IMG/VR virus record: IMGVR_UViG_3300013004_000026
Location: 96,001-160,000 of that record
Length of the DNA stretch: 64,000 nucleotides
Origin: a virus
Direction: 5' to 3' (one strand)
Part shown: positions 8,439 to 17,888 of the stretch, in pieces
Position numbering within the stretch: the first letter of the stretch is position 1
How the letters are laid out: the number at the start of each line of letters is the position of its first letter
Program-made: the position numbers and the translations under genes
Notes under the pieces: generated by a model
Seen by the model: only the letters and a program-made list of their open reading frames with translations
Told to the model about the DNA's origin: nothing
Databases searched by the model: none

Positions 8439-9697
8439 CTCAGTGTGCCAAAACGGCTCCACGCTCCATTGCCCAAACTGATCCAGCCAGCTGGTTGCCC
8501 GGGGCCCGGAGCACTGTTGAACAGTACAGATCCTTTGGTTGCACCATGTGCAGGAGTACCTGCACTGAACCCAATTTGTTGTTGCCCTATGTACAACTCA
8601 TTGATGCTCACGGTACCATCTTTGTTTAGAACCAAATTGTCTTTACGGTTAGCACTGAGTACCACAGTTTGGTCCCTTGGCGTTCCCACCCATGCCACAT
8701 CGCGTTCACGCTTACCAAACCCAATTTCTACTTCTTGATCCCAAACACTGAGTGCATGTCCAGGTTCTAGCGTGTTTATGCCCACTCGTTTGTCGCCAAC
8801 ATACAGTGTTTGGCTCAACAATGCTTCGCCTGTGGTTTGTAAATCGCGTACTAATCCTAATCGTGTGATATTGGTGTCTGTCACACTATAACTAAGTTTT
8901 GATCCATCGATCACAGGATTGCCATTGAGTGTTAATTTGTTGAGATCAATACCATGTTCTTGTATGCGTTCAAACAAGGTGCTGCTGAAACCGTCGAACA
9001 GTTCTGTGTTTAGACTCTGTTTTGTGGCAGCCACGGTGTTTTCTATAATTCGTTGAGCAAATGTGCCAGTCATCGGAACATCGCCTTTGATATGCAGGTC
9101 ACCTTCAATTACTGTTTGACCTTTGACTTCAAGTCCCAGACTGATAATCTTGTTTTCAATCACTACTCCTGCATCCAACAAGGTCATCTGAACCTGTGTG
9201 CTCTTGTCCTCAATACCGTTACTGTTAAAGTTTTGTATTGTGCCACCGCGTATGTTGTTACCACTTACAATTAGGGTTCTGGAGTTGATTGCATCACCAG
9301 GGATGCTGGCGTTGGGAAAAGCAAAGGTAGCTAACTTTTTACTAATTTCTGTGAGCACAATTTCACGCACAGTATGATTAACATCTATTTCATTGTACAG
9401 TTTGTGTTTGACATGCTCTGTGGCCAGGCGTTTGGTTTCTGCTTCAAAGCTGTTGACCACTTGATCTGCAACAGCATCCAATCTTTCTTGAACTCTGGTG
9501 TGATCCACTTCCATGCCGGCAATTAAACCGTCCAGCTTGGTACTGGCCAGCCAGTTCAATTTCTTTTCGTAATCAATGTTATCTAACCGCTGCGTTAATG
9601 CTGCGGTTACTAAATTGTCCACACGAGCATTCAGCCGTGTTTCAATTTGTTTAACTAGATTTTCAACTATACTGTCTACTTGATTGGTTATGTCCAT
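8435..9697 (-). CDS. hypothetical protein (N-terminal coiled coil, C-terminal fibre-like beta repeats)
   Basis: 420-aa ORF; RVGINTLEP fibre-like motif. Confidence 0.6.
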   Translation of the reverse strand: MDITNQVDSIVENLVKQIETRLNARVDNLVTAALTQRLDNIDYEKKLNWLASTKLDGLIAGMEVDHTRVQERLDAVADQVVNSFEAETKRLATEHVKHKLYNEIDVNHTVREIVLTEISKKLATFAFPNASIPGDAINSRTLIVSGNNIRGGTIQNFNSNGIEDKSTQVQMTLLDAGVVIENKIISLGLEVKGQTVIEGDLHIKGDVPMTGTFAQRIIENTVAATKQSLNTELFDGFSSTLFERIQEHGIDLNKLTLNGNPVIDGSKLSYSVTDTNITRLGLVRDLQTTGEALLSQTLYVGDKRVGINTLEPGHALSVWDQEVEIGFGKRERDVAWVGTPRDQTVVLSANRKDNLVLNKDGTVSINELYIGQQQIGFSAGTPAHGATKGSVLFNSAPGPGQPAGWISLGNGAWSRFGTLS

Positions 9698-10427
9698 TTA
9701 TAAATCTCATTGATATCACATGCTCATAATTTTTCTTGATCAGGCTCTTGTACATGATGTTCTTGTGTATTAAGAATTCACTTGCACCTGCATCAATGCT
9801 GAATTTTGCGCATTGTTTGAAAAACATTTGTCTACAATCAAATCCTGCAAAGGCTCGTAAATTTGTACCAGTGATTTCGTACACGCTGCGTTGCCAAGCG
9901 TTTCTATCTTGTACATCGTAGTCATGATATTCCAAATACAAACTGTCTGTTTGTTCGCTCTTGACCACGCTGGGTATACTAAATTCACGATCCTTGAAAC
10001 TTTGATTTTTGTAGTCTCTTAAAGTAGTTATCACCAATTGGGAACTGAGAGCGCAAATCTTGTTTAGATTTGCCAACTGTTCTTCGTCGGTTTTTGCAAA
10101 AGTTAAAAACTCATCCATGGCTATTACTGCATCAAATCTGTCGTGATCAGCTGACATATGATGCCACTCCATGTATTTGATGTCGCTACGATGAGCTTGC
10201 AAATAGGTCATTATAGAAGGAGTTACTTGTGTCACAGTTATCTGCTGTTTGCTGTCCATGGCCAAAATTGCAGGATTAAACCCAATAAACAACAGTTTTT
10301 TTGGAGCAGCACGATAGTGAGAAATCACATGATCAATGATTTCTTTCTTGCGTCTGATTGTTTCATCTTGCTTACTGCTGTTGCAAAAGGCATCAAAGCC
10401 AATTGCTGAATAGTTGATAAATTGCAT
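9663..10427 (-). CDS. degenerate class I SAM-methyltransferase-fold protein
   Basis: KLLFIGFNP...RFDAVIAMDEFLTF...LVITTLRDY resembles Rossmann MTase strands; canonical GxG is lost. Confidence 0.45.
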   Translation of the reverse strand: MQFINYSAIGFDAFCNSSKQDETIRRKKEIIDHVISHYRAAPKKLLFIGFNPAILAMDSKQQITVTQVTPSIMTYLQAHRSDIKYMEWHHMSADHDRFDAVIAMDEFLTFAKTDEEQLANLNKICALSSQLVITTLRDYKNQSFKDREFSIPSVVKSEQTDSLYLEYHDYDVQDRNAWQRSVYEITGTNLRAFAGFDCRQMFFKQCAKFSIDAGASEFLIHKNIMYKSLIKKNYEHVISMRFINGHNQSSRQYS

Positions 10428-10528
10428 TGTTTTTTTTGTCCCTGACAACTTTACAGTATATTTAGTGCCACCCAAAGTTTTTGGGCTAGCCCATAAATAC
10501 CTTATAACAATATCAATAAGGAGCTGTA

Positions 10529-10810
10529 ATGGGCGACATCTTCAAAATCATTGGCGATCTAGGATTTCCTATAGCAGTAGCACTAGCCGGCGGTTACTTT
10601 GTGTATCTTACAATTAAACTTTTATTGCAGGGTGTGCTAGGCAGTATTAAAGGCATGGCAGGCATTATCACAGCCTTGGACAATCGTGTAAAAACCATGA
10701 ATCACGATGTTATCCGTATCGACACTATTGTATCAAATGCACTAGGGCTTAAACCTGACACTGATCGTATTGCCAGAGCAGATGGCAAGAATGACGCAAG
10801 GAGAGACTGA
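10529..10810 (+). CDS. small membrane protein (GFPI family; holin-like?)
   Basis: IGDLGFPIAVALAGGYFVY TM plus coiled coil; TAAATA and AGGAG upstream. Confidence 0.7.
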   Translation: MGDIFKIIGDLGFPIAVALAGGYFVYLTIKLLLQGVLGSIKGMAGIITALDNRVKTMNHDVIRIDTIVSNALGLKPDTDRIARADGKNDARRD

Positions 10811-10956
10811 TGGGTAAGTATCAAAAATGGTGGGACAGTCTGAATCCACAAATGCAGGCCTATCTAAATGCACAACCAGTTTGGCATGATCGCGACTTAT
10901 ATAAAGCTGTGTTTTACGGTGCAGTGATTGGATTTTTATTGGGATTGCTATTTTGA
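10810..10956 (+). CDS. small C-terminal TM protein (48 aa)
   Basis: MGKYQKWWDSL...VIGFLLGLLF; TGATG coupling. Confidence 0.55.
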   Translation: MGKYQKWWDSLNPQMQAYLNAQPVWHDRDLYKAVFYGAVIGFLLGLLF

Positions 10957-11093
10957 TCTTTGAGGCATTCATGGTATTTTATTTGTTAGAATGCATGGTA
11001 TTGATCATGTGGTATCTATTGTACTGCAAAACTAAACCTGAAATTAAAAAGCGCATGTATGATCCCTGGGGATTCTGGAAAGGATATAATTGA
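10953..11093 (+). CDS. small TM protein (46 aa, TTG start)
   Basis: Overlap-coupled at both ends; hydrophobic. Confidence 0.4.
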   Translation: MIFEAFMVFYLLECMVLIMWYLLYCKTKPEIKKRMYDPWGFWKGYN

Positions 11094-11494
11094 TGGATGT
11101 TGTTGAATTAATTAACAAGTATGGATTTCCCATTGTCATGGCTGTGGGCATGGGTTACATTATCAAATATGTGTGGGAGTGGAGCACCAAAGAAGTCAAG
11201 CCAGTGATTTCTGAAGCAAACACAGTGCTCATAGCCTTGATTGATCGCATACGCATGTTGGACAATGATTTGATACGGTTGAATCAAAAAGTAAATACAG
11301 TACTGCATCTGCGAGGCAAGATGATTGAAAGCGATCGCGTGATGGAAACTGTAAAGGTCGAGCGCGAGGCAGCCAAACAGTTTGACCAAGCTGTGAGATT
11401 AGACGACGGAATTCACAGCAAACCCAAGAGTAAATCTAAAACAGAAACGTCTGACTCGTCAGATGATAAAGAAGCCAGAACAGGAAATCCTTGA
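11093..11494 (+). CDS. small membrane protein, paralog of 10529-10810
   Basis: INKYGFPIVMAVGMGYII TM; LIDRIRMLDNDLIRL vs LDNRVKTMNHDVIRI. Confidence 0.7.
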   Translation: MDVVELINKYGFPIVMAVGMGYIIKYVWEWSTKEVKPVISEANTVLIALIDRIRMLDNDLIRLNQKVNTVLHLRGKMIESDRVMETVKVEREAAKQFDQAVRLDDGIHSKPKSKSKTETSDSSDDKEARTGNP

Positions 11495-11498
11495 TTGC

Positions 11499-12086
11499 AT
11501 GACAATCGTGTACATACACGGTGCATCTGCCACCAGTGAAAGTTTTACTCGCATACGAGAACATCTACCCAAAAGAGACCTGTGCATAGATTATCACAGC
11601 AGCGATGGGTTTGACACCAATCTCAAAAAAATGATTGAATTGTTGGACAATGTTGAAAAAGTGTTTTTTGTTGCCCACAGCTTGGGCGGCATCTATGCTA
11701 TACATCTTGCAGATAAATTCCCCAACAAAGTTTTAGGCGCAGTTACTCTTAGCACACCCTACGGAGGCAGTAGAGAAGCAGACTATGCTAGATACTTTTT
11801 GCCTTTTTCACAGCTGATGCGTGACATAGGAACTATGAGCCGTCCAATGAGTGTTGTAAAAGATCTACGATATCCCAAGAATAAGTGGACCAATGTGGTT
11901 ACCACTCAAGGTGCAAGTCCTTGGATCAAACAAGACAATGACGGTGTTGTTACCATTGAAAGCATGCGAGCAGTTACCGACATGGAACTGATAGAAGTTC
12001 CTCTAAATCATTATGAAGTGGTGATCAGCGATAAAACTATAAACATTATCAAGGATCGCCTGGCAAGAACACCCTTAGGACCGTAA
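11499..12086 (+). CDS. alpha/beta hydrolase
   Basis: YIHG, AHSLGG nucleophile elbow, TPYGG, NDGVV, C-terminal His. Confidence 0.88.
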   Translation: MTIVYIHGASATSESFTRIREHLPKRDLCIDYHSSDGFDTNLKKMIELLDNVEKVFFVAHSLGGIYAIHLADKFPNKVLGAVTLSTPYGGSREADYARYFLPFSQLMRDIGTMSRPMSVVKDLRYPKNKWTNVVTTQGASPWIKQDNDGVVTIESMRAVTDMELIEVPLNHYEVVISDKTINIIKDRLARTPLGP

Positions 12087-12155
12087 CTTAGTTACGAGGG
12101 TGGCCGGCTGCTGGCCTCAGAAAACGATTCGCTACCGTGGACTGTAAAGTGAGCA
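12070..12155. ncRNA. putative structured RNA displaying rRNA-identical (minus) / rRNA-antisense (plus) loops
   Basis: Three stem-loops whose unpaired parts match 23S ACGGTCCTAAGG and GGTAGCGAA and 16S GCCAGCAGCCG; lies between convergent genes. Confidence 0.6.
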
Positions 12156-12935
12156 TTACTGTTCTAGCTCTTTCAATTCACTTATAAACTCTGCTTCTGG
12201 AATGCGTGTGCGAGTATTTTTACTGCCCAGCACCACCACAATTCTATCGCCCAAATCAGTGTCCATGAGCATGACAATGCATCCGCCACTGGTAGTTATC
12301 CAACCAGTCTTGCTTACTATCACTCGCTGAGTTCTACCAACCAAGGGATTGGTTTGAGGAAATAAAAAATACTTTTTCTTTAGTTTGATTTGTACTTTGG
12401 TCTTTTGACTGGCTTCAATCACTGCACCATAAGTTCTGGCCGCACGAACAAGCATGACAAGTTCTCTAGCAGTACTGACATTTCTAGCATCTAGGCCTGT
12501 GGGCTCATATACCACACTGTTGACCATGCCCAGTGTTTTCATCTTGATGTTCATTTCATCAACACAGGCTCTAAGCCCGCCGGGGTAGTGTTCGCACAAG
12601 GTCTGTGCAGCACGGTTGTCACTCTTGACCATGGCCAGTTCAATCAAGGTGCGACGACTCAGAGTTTTTATCTTTCTGGGAATATGACTTTTAGGGGCTC
12701 GAGCCAGGGTAAGCTGTTCCTCCATGCTTTGACCTGCGTCTAACACAGTCATTACTGTGAGTAGTTTTGTGATACTGGCTATGCTGCGAACTTGATCCGT
12801 GTTATCGCTGCGGATTATGTTTCCTTGTGGATCTGACACAAGCCAGCTTTGTGCGGTAAGGTGTCCTTTTGCGACAGTTGACCCATGACCACAAATGGCG
12901 AAAAGTACCAATCCAATAATAATTTTATTGAACAA
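12156..12935 (-). CDS. peptidase S11 D-Ala-D-Ala carboxy/endopeptidase (PBP7-like)
   Basis: SITK (SxxK), SDN (SxN), KTG triad; signal peptide. Confidence 0.92.
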   Translation of the reverse strand: MFNKIIIGLVLFAICGHGSTVAKGHLTAQSWLVSDPQGNIIRSDNTDQVRSIASITKLLTVMTVLDAGQSMEEQLTLARAPKSHIPRKIKTLSRRTLIELAMVKSDNRAAQTLCEHYPGGLRACVDEMNIKMKTLGMVNSVVYEPTGLDARNVSTARELVMLVRAARTYGAVIEASQKTKVQIKLKKKYFLFPQTNPLVGRTQRVIVSKTGWITTSGGCIVMLMDTDLGDRIVVVLGSKNTRTRIPEAEFISELKELEQ

Positions 12936-12956
12936 TCAAAAATCCAATCCAAGTAA

Positions 12957-15020
12957 TTATTTAGAAGTGGCACGATATACGCCATCCCAATCCTTGGGCA
13001 GTTTGGCCCGTTTCATTTCTTCACAGCGCAGGATCCAAAGTTCATAGTAGTGATCCATTTGTCCGTCAAACTCGCCTGTGAGTTCTTGGCACAGTTTGAT
13101 AGCTGCATCAAACTTTTGCTGTCTATACAGCACAATCATTTCATCATGAGTTTCTTTGGCCATGATGTACTCGGGCATGCCACCTGCATTGGTAGTCAAC
13201 GGAGTGTATATATTTAACCCAATTGCTTTGCCTTTCACCGCAATGCAATCTAGTTCCAGGCACAAGAAATCATCCTTGACCATTTGATAGGTGTCCGGGC
13301 CAATGATTATGAGCACCCCATAGCCTTTGGTTTGTCCTTCCAGTCGAGCAGCTACAGACACCGGATCGCCCAGCACATCGTATCCCATCTTACCTTCAGA
13401 TCCAATATTGCCTACCAAGATCTTACCGGTGTTGACACCGGCGCCCATGCCCACTGGTGGTTTGCCGATGCTGGCCAGGTGGTTGTTAAACTGTTCTACC
13501 GCTTGGATCATTTCCATAGTAGTCTTGACTGCACGATAGGCATGACGGTCGTCGTTAACTGGTGCACCGTGTATGTGCAAACTGGCGTCGCCGATGAACT
13601 TGATCAAACAGCCATCATTGGCAAACACAGGTCGGCTGATCGCAGTCATGTATTCATTCATGATGGCAGTGAAGCCTTCGACATCTGCACCATACTTTTC
13701 TCCCAGTCCAGTAAAGTTGCGCATGTCTGTCATGATCACTGACAGCACTTTTTCTTCACCGCCCAACTTGATCAGCTCGGGATTCTTTTGCAGTCGTTCA
13801 ACAATCACGGGACTCACATATGACCCAAATTGTTTCTTGATCTGTTGCTTCTGTAAGAACTCACTCACAAACTTAACGCCGTAAGTATGCAAAGCCACGA
13901 GCACAATACCAGCCGTGATTGCTGTCGCGTCTGCCAAGACGAGCCAGTTACTGAAAATATACTGAGTAACAGGAGCCACGGCAACGACCCCAAAAACAGT
14001 TGCACCCAAACCAACATAAGTCCACCTTGATAAAGAAATAATAATTAGTCCCAATAACAGCAATGTCAGAATCTCAGCGCCATCTGCATAGTCCGGACGC
14101 TGAATGGTAACATTGTTAAACATGGTTCCAATCACAGCAGCCTGCGCATCGTTGGGATACACCGCTCCTATGCTGGTGGGCACAGGATTTGAAATACCAG
14201 CTGCGGTAGGACCCACAAGGACTAGTGCGCCTTTAAGGTCTGCAGGCAGTTGTGTAATACTATAAGCGTGTGACTTTTGTGACCAGTCAATCCATATGCG
14301 ACCAAGATTGTCCGTGGCAATTGGACCAAATTTGGGTATGCGCATTTTTTCAACGCCATACTCATTTAACTTTATTTGAAAGGTGGTGTCACCTGCTGCT
14401 ACTCGCAACACTTCCATACCCAAACTTGGGTACAGAATGTCATTGACGCCAAATATCAAAGGCAGTCTTCGATTGACGCCATCTATTTCTGGCAGCGTGT
14501 GAGTACCACCTATGCCTGCCGCAGCATTTTCTATAGCAGGAATGTTAGCAATAATACCTGGATAGTTTACAATGTTTTCGATCCACTCTGGCCCAAGCAC
14601 TGCACTGCCAGGATTGCGAGGTTTGTTTTTTGTTTGATCACCTGGTACATTGGCAATGACCACAGGATATTTTTGCATTACCGCAGCTAGAGCAGCATCC
14701 CCGCCTAGCCTGTCTGTGTCCGGCATGAGCACATTCAGCACCACCAATCCTGCACCACGATTGTAAAGATCTTCTATCATGCGAGCATAGGTGTCTCGCT
14801 TGAATGGCCACTGTCCGTACTTGTCTAAAGCAGTTTCGTCAATGTTGGCCGTAACAATGTTGTTTTGTGTAGGAGCTTTGTCAGCTATTAGAGTATCAAA
14901 GTAGCGTAGTCTTATACTTTCTACAAAGACAGGATCAGCAATTCTTATACTTATAATAAGTGCCAATGTTAAAAGTGCGGTCCACGGATTTGACAGCACA
15001 GCTTTGATTTTGTTTTTCAT
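12957..15020 (-). CDS. CHASE2-domain class III adenylate cyclase
   Basis: IDE..L..YGQWPF.R CHASE2 motif, TM helices, TDMRNFT, IKFIGDA, YDVLGDPVSVAARLE. Confidence 0.93.
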   Translation of the reverse strand: MKNKIKAVLSNPWTALLTLALIISIRIADPVFVESIRLRYFDTLIADKAPTQNNIVTANIDETALDKYGQWPFKRDTYARMIEDLYNRGAGLVVLNVLMPDTDRLGGDAALAAVMQKYPVVIANVPGDQTKNKPRNPGSAVLGPEWIENIVNYPGIIANIPAIENAAAGIGGTHTLPEIDGVNRRLPLIFGVNDILYPSLGMEVLRVAAGDTTFQIKLNEYGVEKMRIPKFGPIATDNLGRIWIDWSQKSHAYSITQLPADLKGALVLVGPTAAGISNPVPTSIGAVYPNDAQAAVIGTMFNNVTIQRPDYADGAEILTLLLLGLIIISLSRWTYVGLGATVFGVVAVAPVTQYIFSNWLVLADATAITAGIVLVALHTYGVKFVSEFLQKQQIKKQFGSYVSPVIVERLQKNPELIKLGGEEKVLSVIMTDMRNFTGLGEKYGADVEGFTAIMNEYMTAISRPVFANDGCLIKFIGDASLHIHGAPVNDDRHAYRAVKTTMEMIQAVEQFNNHLASIGKPPVGMGAGVNTGKILVGNIGSEGKMGYDVLGDPVSVAARLEGQTKGYGVLIIIGPDTYQMVKDDFLCLELDCIAVKGKAIGLNIYTPLTTNAGGMPEYIMAKETHDEMIVLYRQQKFDAAIKLCQELTGEFDGQMDHYYELWILRCEEMKRAKLPKDWDGVYRATSK

Positions 15021-15073
15021 TTAATTATTTAAGGTTCTAGGTATTTGCCTATGGACCAGCATTGTATTTACAA

Positions 15074-15376
15074 TTACACAGATTCACCTAGTAACAAAGT
15101 AGAACCATCACCAACACCCACAATGCAAGCAATGCCTTCTGTGTTCATTTGCAGCATGGTCCAGGTGCCCAGTTTTTCATTTACAAACAAAGTATACCTG
15201 GTGTGGTCCACTGGATTTTTAGCTGACCAAATTGGTTTTTCGTTATAGTTAGACAAGGAAAAAAGCAAACTTTCAATGCTGTCGCACAGTACCGGTTTAC
15301 GAGCTTCAAATGGTTGGGCATTGACATTGGATAGTATTGACGCAAATGCTACGCATGACATAATTAATTTTTTCAT
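15074..15376 (-). CDS. secreted hypothetical protein
   Basis: Signal peptide; KPVLC...GTWT...ACIVGVG. Confidence 0.65.
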   Translation of the reverse strand: MKKLIMSCVAFASILSNVNAQPFEARKPVLCDSIESLLFSLSNYNEKPIWSAKNPVDHTRYTLFVNEKLGTWTMLQMNTEGIACIVGVGDGSTLLLGESV

Positions 15377-15406
15377 TTGTTGCCTCCGGTGGTGCAATAT
15401 TTATGT

Positions 15407-15430
15407 AAAAAAGCCCTCCGAAGAGGGCTT
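15407..15430 (-). terminator. intrinsic terminator
   Basis: AAGCCCTC-TTCG-GAGGGCTTTTT on the minus strand. Confidence 0.85.
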
Positions 15431-15457
15431 GAAACACAGCACTTGAGTATAGTTGTT

Positions 15458-17821
15458 TTAGTTAAATACCCATCTGATGCTTGCCTGTGCTGTGGAGTGT
15501 GACACACCATTTTGATACTGCTGTCCCACAGTAATACCTCCCACAATGTTTTGTCTTGGAGCAAAGTTGATTCCTGCTCTAACAGTGCTTAGGCTAGTAT
15601 CTGTGTGACTGGCTTCTAGCATGAAATTCACAGCGTCTTTGATCACAGTGTCATAGCGCAAGCCCAGTTCACTCACTGTGCGAGTACGATTAACACTGTC
15701 ATATGACATGGCTGTGATAGCATCACCAGACTCTATCAGTGCATTGCGCTTGTTCTGTTCCACACGAATACCACCAAACGGCCTAAAGCCGCGCCAGTCT
15801 GGCGTATACAATCTGTTGCTGATCCAAGCATCTGCACCTGTGGTTTTACCAGAGTTTGAATAACCTAGGTCTGGCAACAGATGATAGTTGGTAAAACTGT
15901 TCTGAGCATAACCTACATCAGTTTTGAACAACCAATTGTTATGGTTGTACAGGCTGTAGATACCCACATGGTCTTTGGTAAGTGATCCACCTGCATCTTG
16001 CCCTGACAGTGTGCCGCGCACATGATTGTATTGTAGACCCACTACCCAGTTGCCCTTGATCTGTTTTTCGTGCCCAACACCAAGGCGACGGTTGGTTAAC
16101 GAGTAGGTGTCGTTGGTGTTGGTTGTGCCACCTTCTGTAACTAGATACCACCAGCCTTTTTCCTGACTACCAGCATTACGAGTTCTGCTGGTCAATCCTT
16201 CACCATTGCTGGTATGACGACTTAACACATCGCTGTCCAAGTTCATGTTCATACGATTGTTAGCTGCCTCCAACTGACTGTATTGATCAATTCTAGTGTA
16301 ATAGTTTTGATTGCTTGAAGTTGTTACAACTTCGTTGGTAGTAGTTACATTGGTTGTGACATCGTTACGCACAGTCACAGTTGTCACTGGAGTTCCGTCG
16401 GCGGTAGTAGTAGTACCATCACTCCAGGTTGTTACTGTTCTAGGAGTGGTAACTGTGGTCACTGTTACAGGTGTTGTTTGAGTTGTAGTAGTGGTCACAG
16501 GTGTTGTGCTTACCACTGTGGTTGTACGCACCACTGCCAACTGTTTGTTATCAGCTGTGGCGTCACCGCGGTTATTGGCATGAGTAACTACCTCTACAGT
16601 GTTGCCACGCACAATAGTAGCACTTGTTACTGTGGTGCCTGGGGTTTCTGTTGTCACAACCTGCGAAGTACCAGGTGCGGTGCTGACCACAGTGGGGGTA
16701 GTATTCAAGCTAGATGTCGCTCCGGATGTGCCAGGATTGGCCACTGTACCATCGCCTGTGTCTGTGCTGGTTGTTGTGCTGGCGCTGTTGTAGTAATAGC
16801 TGACTTCAGATACTTGCACACTGTTACAATTTTCAGTTCCCAACCAACCACCACCGTAGGCCGCCATACAGTTTGTCATGTTAGGATATAAATCCAGAGC
16901 CTTGGTGCTGTCAAAGGTGATAAAGTAATACACATACGCATTGGTATTGGTAAAAGTGATATCGCTAGATGCAGTGAAGCGACTGTCACTGAGAGTTATG
17001 GCTTGATTGTCAACAATAGTAGTCCAAGTCTTGCCATCATTGGAGCCAAACAAACTGAATTTGCTAGGATCTCTTGGAGCATAGTCGTTGGCAGTGGTTA
17101 TAGTTAACTTTTCCAGCACACGACCTTGATCCAGCTTGATTGTAAAACCAGCACTGGCACGATCAAAGTTCAGGTATTTTGTGCCTGAGTTGCCATCAAT
17201 CACATTGGTAGCACCTTCTCCCGACGGACTGTTATTGCTAGTTGGAGTCACTTGTACCACATTAGCACTGGTAATTGCTGTGTATGTTGGCGTGGTGCTG
17301 CCGCTACCGGCTGTTTGCCCTGCTGCCAATGGGGTGGTGCTGGCCCAGGTGTAACTGCTTATATCACCGGCACTAACACTGGTGTCCATATTGGTAAAAC
17401 TGGCACTGGCACCGTAATTGTAGCCCTCTGCTGTGGAAATTACATTTCCAAGCCATCCACTACCAAGATAAAAGATAGCTCCACTTCCCAGTGCTGTTAT
17501 CTGTCCTGTAGAGTGGATTATTCTATTCAGTGTGTTGTCACTGTTGTACAATCCCATACCATGAGTGCCATCACCATTGTCAATGAATTTGAAATATTGA
17601 CCAGCGGTGGCTGTGACAGTTTGGAAATTGGAATCATACGGTGCAATAAAATTTGAAGCGTTTAAGGTAGTTCCGCTCCAGTTGTATTGCACATCAAAGA
17701 TTTGATTAATACTAAACGCACCATCTGTTACTGCGGCATTGGTGTTTGAAACCATGCCCATGGCCAAGGCCATAGCGGCCACGAAGGCCATTACTTTTTT
17801 TATTATCATTTTTTTCTCCAA
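15458..17821 (-). CDS. autotransporter-like outer-membrane protein with discoidin (F5/8 type C) domain and Thr-rich stalk
   Basis: Signal peptide; NVIDGNSGTKY...RDPSKFSLFGSNDGKTW discoidin; TTTPVTTT stalk; beta-barrel C-terminus ending IRWVFN. Confidence 0.8.
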   Translation of the reverse strand: MEKKMIIKKVMAFVAAMALAMGMVSNTNAAVTDGAFSINQIFDVQYNWSGTTLNASNFIAPYDSNFQTVTATAGQYFKFIDNGDGTHGMGLYNSDNTLNRIIHSTGQITALGSGAIFYLGSGWLGNVISTAEGYNYGASASFTNMDTSVSAGDISSYTWASTTPLAAGQTAGSGSTTPTYTAITSANVVQVTPTSNNSPSGEGATNVIDGNSGTKYLNFDRASAGFTIKLDQGRVLEKLTITTANDYAPRDPSKFSLFGSNDGKTWTTIVDNQAITLSDSRFTASSDITFTNTNAYVYYFITFDSTKALDLYPNMTNCMAAYGGGWLGTENCNSVQVSEVSYYYNSASTTTSTDTGDGTVANPGTSGATSSLNTTPTVVSTAPGTSQVVTTETPGTTVTSATIVRGNTVEVVTHANNRGDATADNKQLAVVRTTTVVSTTPVTTTTTQTTPVTVTTVTTPRTVTTWSDGTTTTADGTPVTTVTVRNDVTTNVTTTNEVVTTSSNQNYYTRIDQYSQLEAANNRMNMNLDSDVLSRHTSNGEGLTSRTRNAGSQEKGWWYLVTEGGTTNTNDTYSLTNRRLGVGHEKQIKGNWVVGLQYNHVRGTLSGQDAGGSLTKDHVGIYSLYNHNNWLFKTDVGYAQNSFTNYHLLPDLGYSNSGKTTGADAWISNRLYTPDWRGFRPFGGIRVEQNKRNALIESGDAITAMSYDSVNRTRTVSELGLRYDTVIKDAVNFMLEASHTDTSLSTVRAGINFAPRQNIVGGITVGQQYQNGVSHSTAQASIRWVFN

Positions 17822-17888
17822 CTTTATTATTGTTATTGGTGTTGGTGCTAGTATTTAGGCCAAAATGGACAAACCAAAAAATACTGAG

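Noticed and set aside
12070-12155. Degraded rRNA gene fragment or intact I-CeuI homing site
   Set aside because: The segments come from both 16S and 23S, are permuted and are embedded in new stems. The two halves of the I-CeuI site are split and in reversed order.
16320-16700. Repeat-like GTT/GTG-rich DNA
   Set aside because: Explained by the Thr/Val-rich stalk of the autotransporter.
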